From the human T2T-CHM13v2.0 reference genome, Homo sapiens: a stretch of 64,000 nucleotides of DNA. The notes beneath the pieces were generated by a model, which had not been told where the DNA came from, did no database searches, and was given only the letters and a program-made list of their open reading frames with translations. The position numbers and the translations under genes are program-made. Below are positions 63,101 to 64,000 of the stretch, piece by piece. The stretch lies in the NCBI RefSeq assembly GCF_009914755.1, contig NC_060925.1; one strand, 5' to 3'. Position 1 is the stretch's first letter. Every line of letters begins with the position of its first letter.

Positions 63101-64000
63101 TCTGCTAGACAGAAGAATTCTCAGTAACTTCCTTGTGTTGTGTGTATTCAACTCACAGAGTTGAACGATCCTTTCAACAGAGCAGGCTTGAAACACTCTT
63201 TTTGTGGAATTTGCAAGTGGAGATTTCAGCCGCTTTGAGGTCAATGGTAGAAAAGGAAATATCTTCGTATAAAGACTAGACAGAATGATTCTCAGAAACT
63301 CCTTTGTGATGTGTGCGTTCAACTCACAGAGTTTAACTTTTCTTTTCATAGAGCAGTTAGGAAACACTCTGTTTGCAAAGTCTGCAAGTGGATATTCAGA
63401 CCTCTTTGAGGCCTTCGTTGGAAACGGGATTTCTTCATATTATGCTAGACAGAATAATTCTCAGTAACTTCCTTGTGTTGTGTGTATTCAACTCACAGAT
63501 TTGAACGATCCATTACAGAGAGCAGACTTGAAACACACTTTTTGTGGAATTTGCAAGTGGAGATTTCAGCCGCTTTGAGGTCAATGGTAGAATAGGAAAT
63601 ATCTTCCTATAGAAACTAGACAGAATGATTCTCAGAAACTCCTTTGTGATGTGTGCGTTCAACTCACAGAGTTTAACCTTTCTTTTCATAGAGCAGTTAG
63701 GAAATACTCTGTTTGTAAAGTCTGCAAGTGGATATTCAGACCTCCTTGAGGCCTTCGTTGGAAACGGGATTTCTTCATATTCTGCTTGACAGAAGAATTC
63801 TCAGTAACTTCCTTGTGTTGTGTGTATTCAACTCACAGAGTTGAATGATCCTTTACACAGAGCAGACCTGAAACATTCTTTTTGTGGAATTTGCAAGTGG
63901 AGATTTCAGCCACTTTGTGGTCAATGGTAGAAAAGGAAATATCTTCGTATAAAGACTAGACAGAATGATTCTCAGAAACTCCTTTGTGATGTGTGCGTTC

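Larger units (their letters stand above)
1..64000 (+). repeat. Centromeric alpha-satellite array, ~170-bp monomers in ~340-bp dimers (SF1, J1/J2 type), single orientation
   Basis: Hallmark alphoid blocks (TTCAACTCACAGAGTT, GAAACACTCT, TGCAAGTGGA, CTAGACAGAA) recur every ~170 bp and near-identically every ~340 bp from base 1 to 64000. An EcoRI site GAATTC occurs in most dimers (e.g. 643-648), as in the classical 340-bp EcoRI alphoid dimer. No non-alphoid sequence was seen. Confidence 0.99.
1..64000 (+). repeat. Probable D1Z7/D5Z2/D19Z3 (S1C1/5/19H1L) higher-order-repeat array with many structural variants
   Basis: Runs of near-identical dimers are punctuated by a diverged 4-monomer block (B+C), matching my recollection of the chr1/5/19 SF1 6-mer HOR with dimer expansions. 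Not confirmed by alignment, and the chromosome cannot be determined by eye. Confidence 0.75.

Noticed and set aside
21-63467. Hundreds of 60-110 aa ORFs on both strands (MILRNSFVMC..., MFPNCSMKRK..., MCIQLTELNF...)
   Set aside because: They are translations of the satellite unit, recurring every 340 bp and overlapping in several frames, and are freely broken by frameshifts and stops with no gene structure. They were used only as positional markers.
1-64000. CRISPR-like regular repeats with a palindromic core
   Set aside because: There are no unique spacers: the intervening DNA is itself repeated. No cas genes or leader are present.
1-64000. Transposon insertion (L1/Alu), inversion or embedded unique sequence
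   Set aside because: Reading through, every segment fits the alphoid register in the same orientation. I saw no poly-A tails, target-site duplications or reverse-strand CENP-B boxes.
1-64000. Assignment to a specific chromosome or to the kinetochore (CENP-A/CDR) domain
   Set aside because: The suspected array family is shared by chr1, chr5 and chr19, and kinetochore position is epigenetic. Neither can be read from this sequence without alignment and chromatin data.

Overview
The whole 64 kb window is one uninterrupted, single-orientation array of human-type centromeric alpha-satellite DNA: ~170-bp monomers arranged as ~340-bp dimers (~188 dimers), with a CENP-B box position (CTTCGTTGGAAACGGGA) in every second monomer and a pJ-alpha-like site in the alternate monomer. 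The dimeric layout is that of suprachromosomal family 1 (J1/J2) and most resembles the array shared by chromosomes 1/5/19 (D1Z7/D5Z2/D19Z3, S1C1/5/19H1L). That assignment is from recognition, not alignment. I see no genes, RNA genes, transposon insertions, inversions or CRISPR arrays; all listed ORFs are by-products of the repeat. I did not find a new gene system. What is informative is the array's internal architecture. Two diverged marker dimers (called B and C here; common dimers are called A) define higher-order units of 4-16 monomers, mostly 10- and 12-mers. There are nested recent tandem duplications (1,361, 1,700, 1,701, 2,041, 4,420 and 4,752 bp), long-range copies 14-43 kb apart, hybrid monomers with mappable junctions, a unique 49-bp deletion that removes half a CENP-B box, and clusters of broken CENP-B boxes. 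All counts and offsets were read by eye from the sequence and the ORF track.
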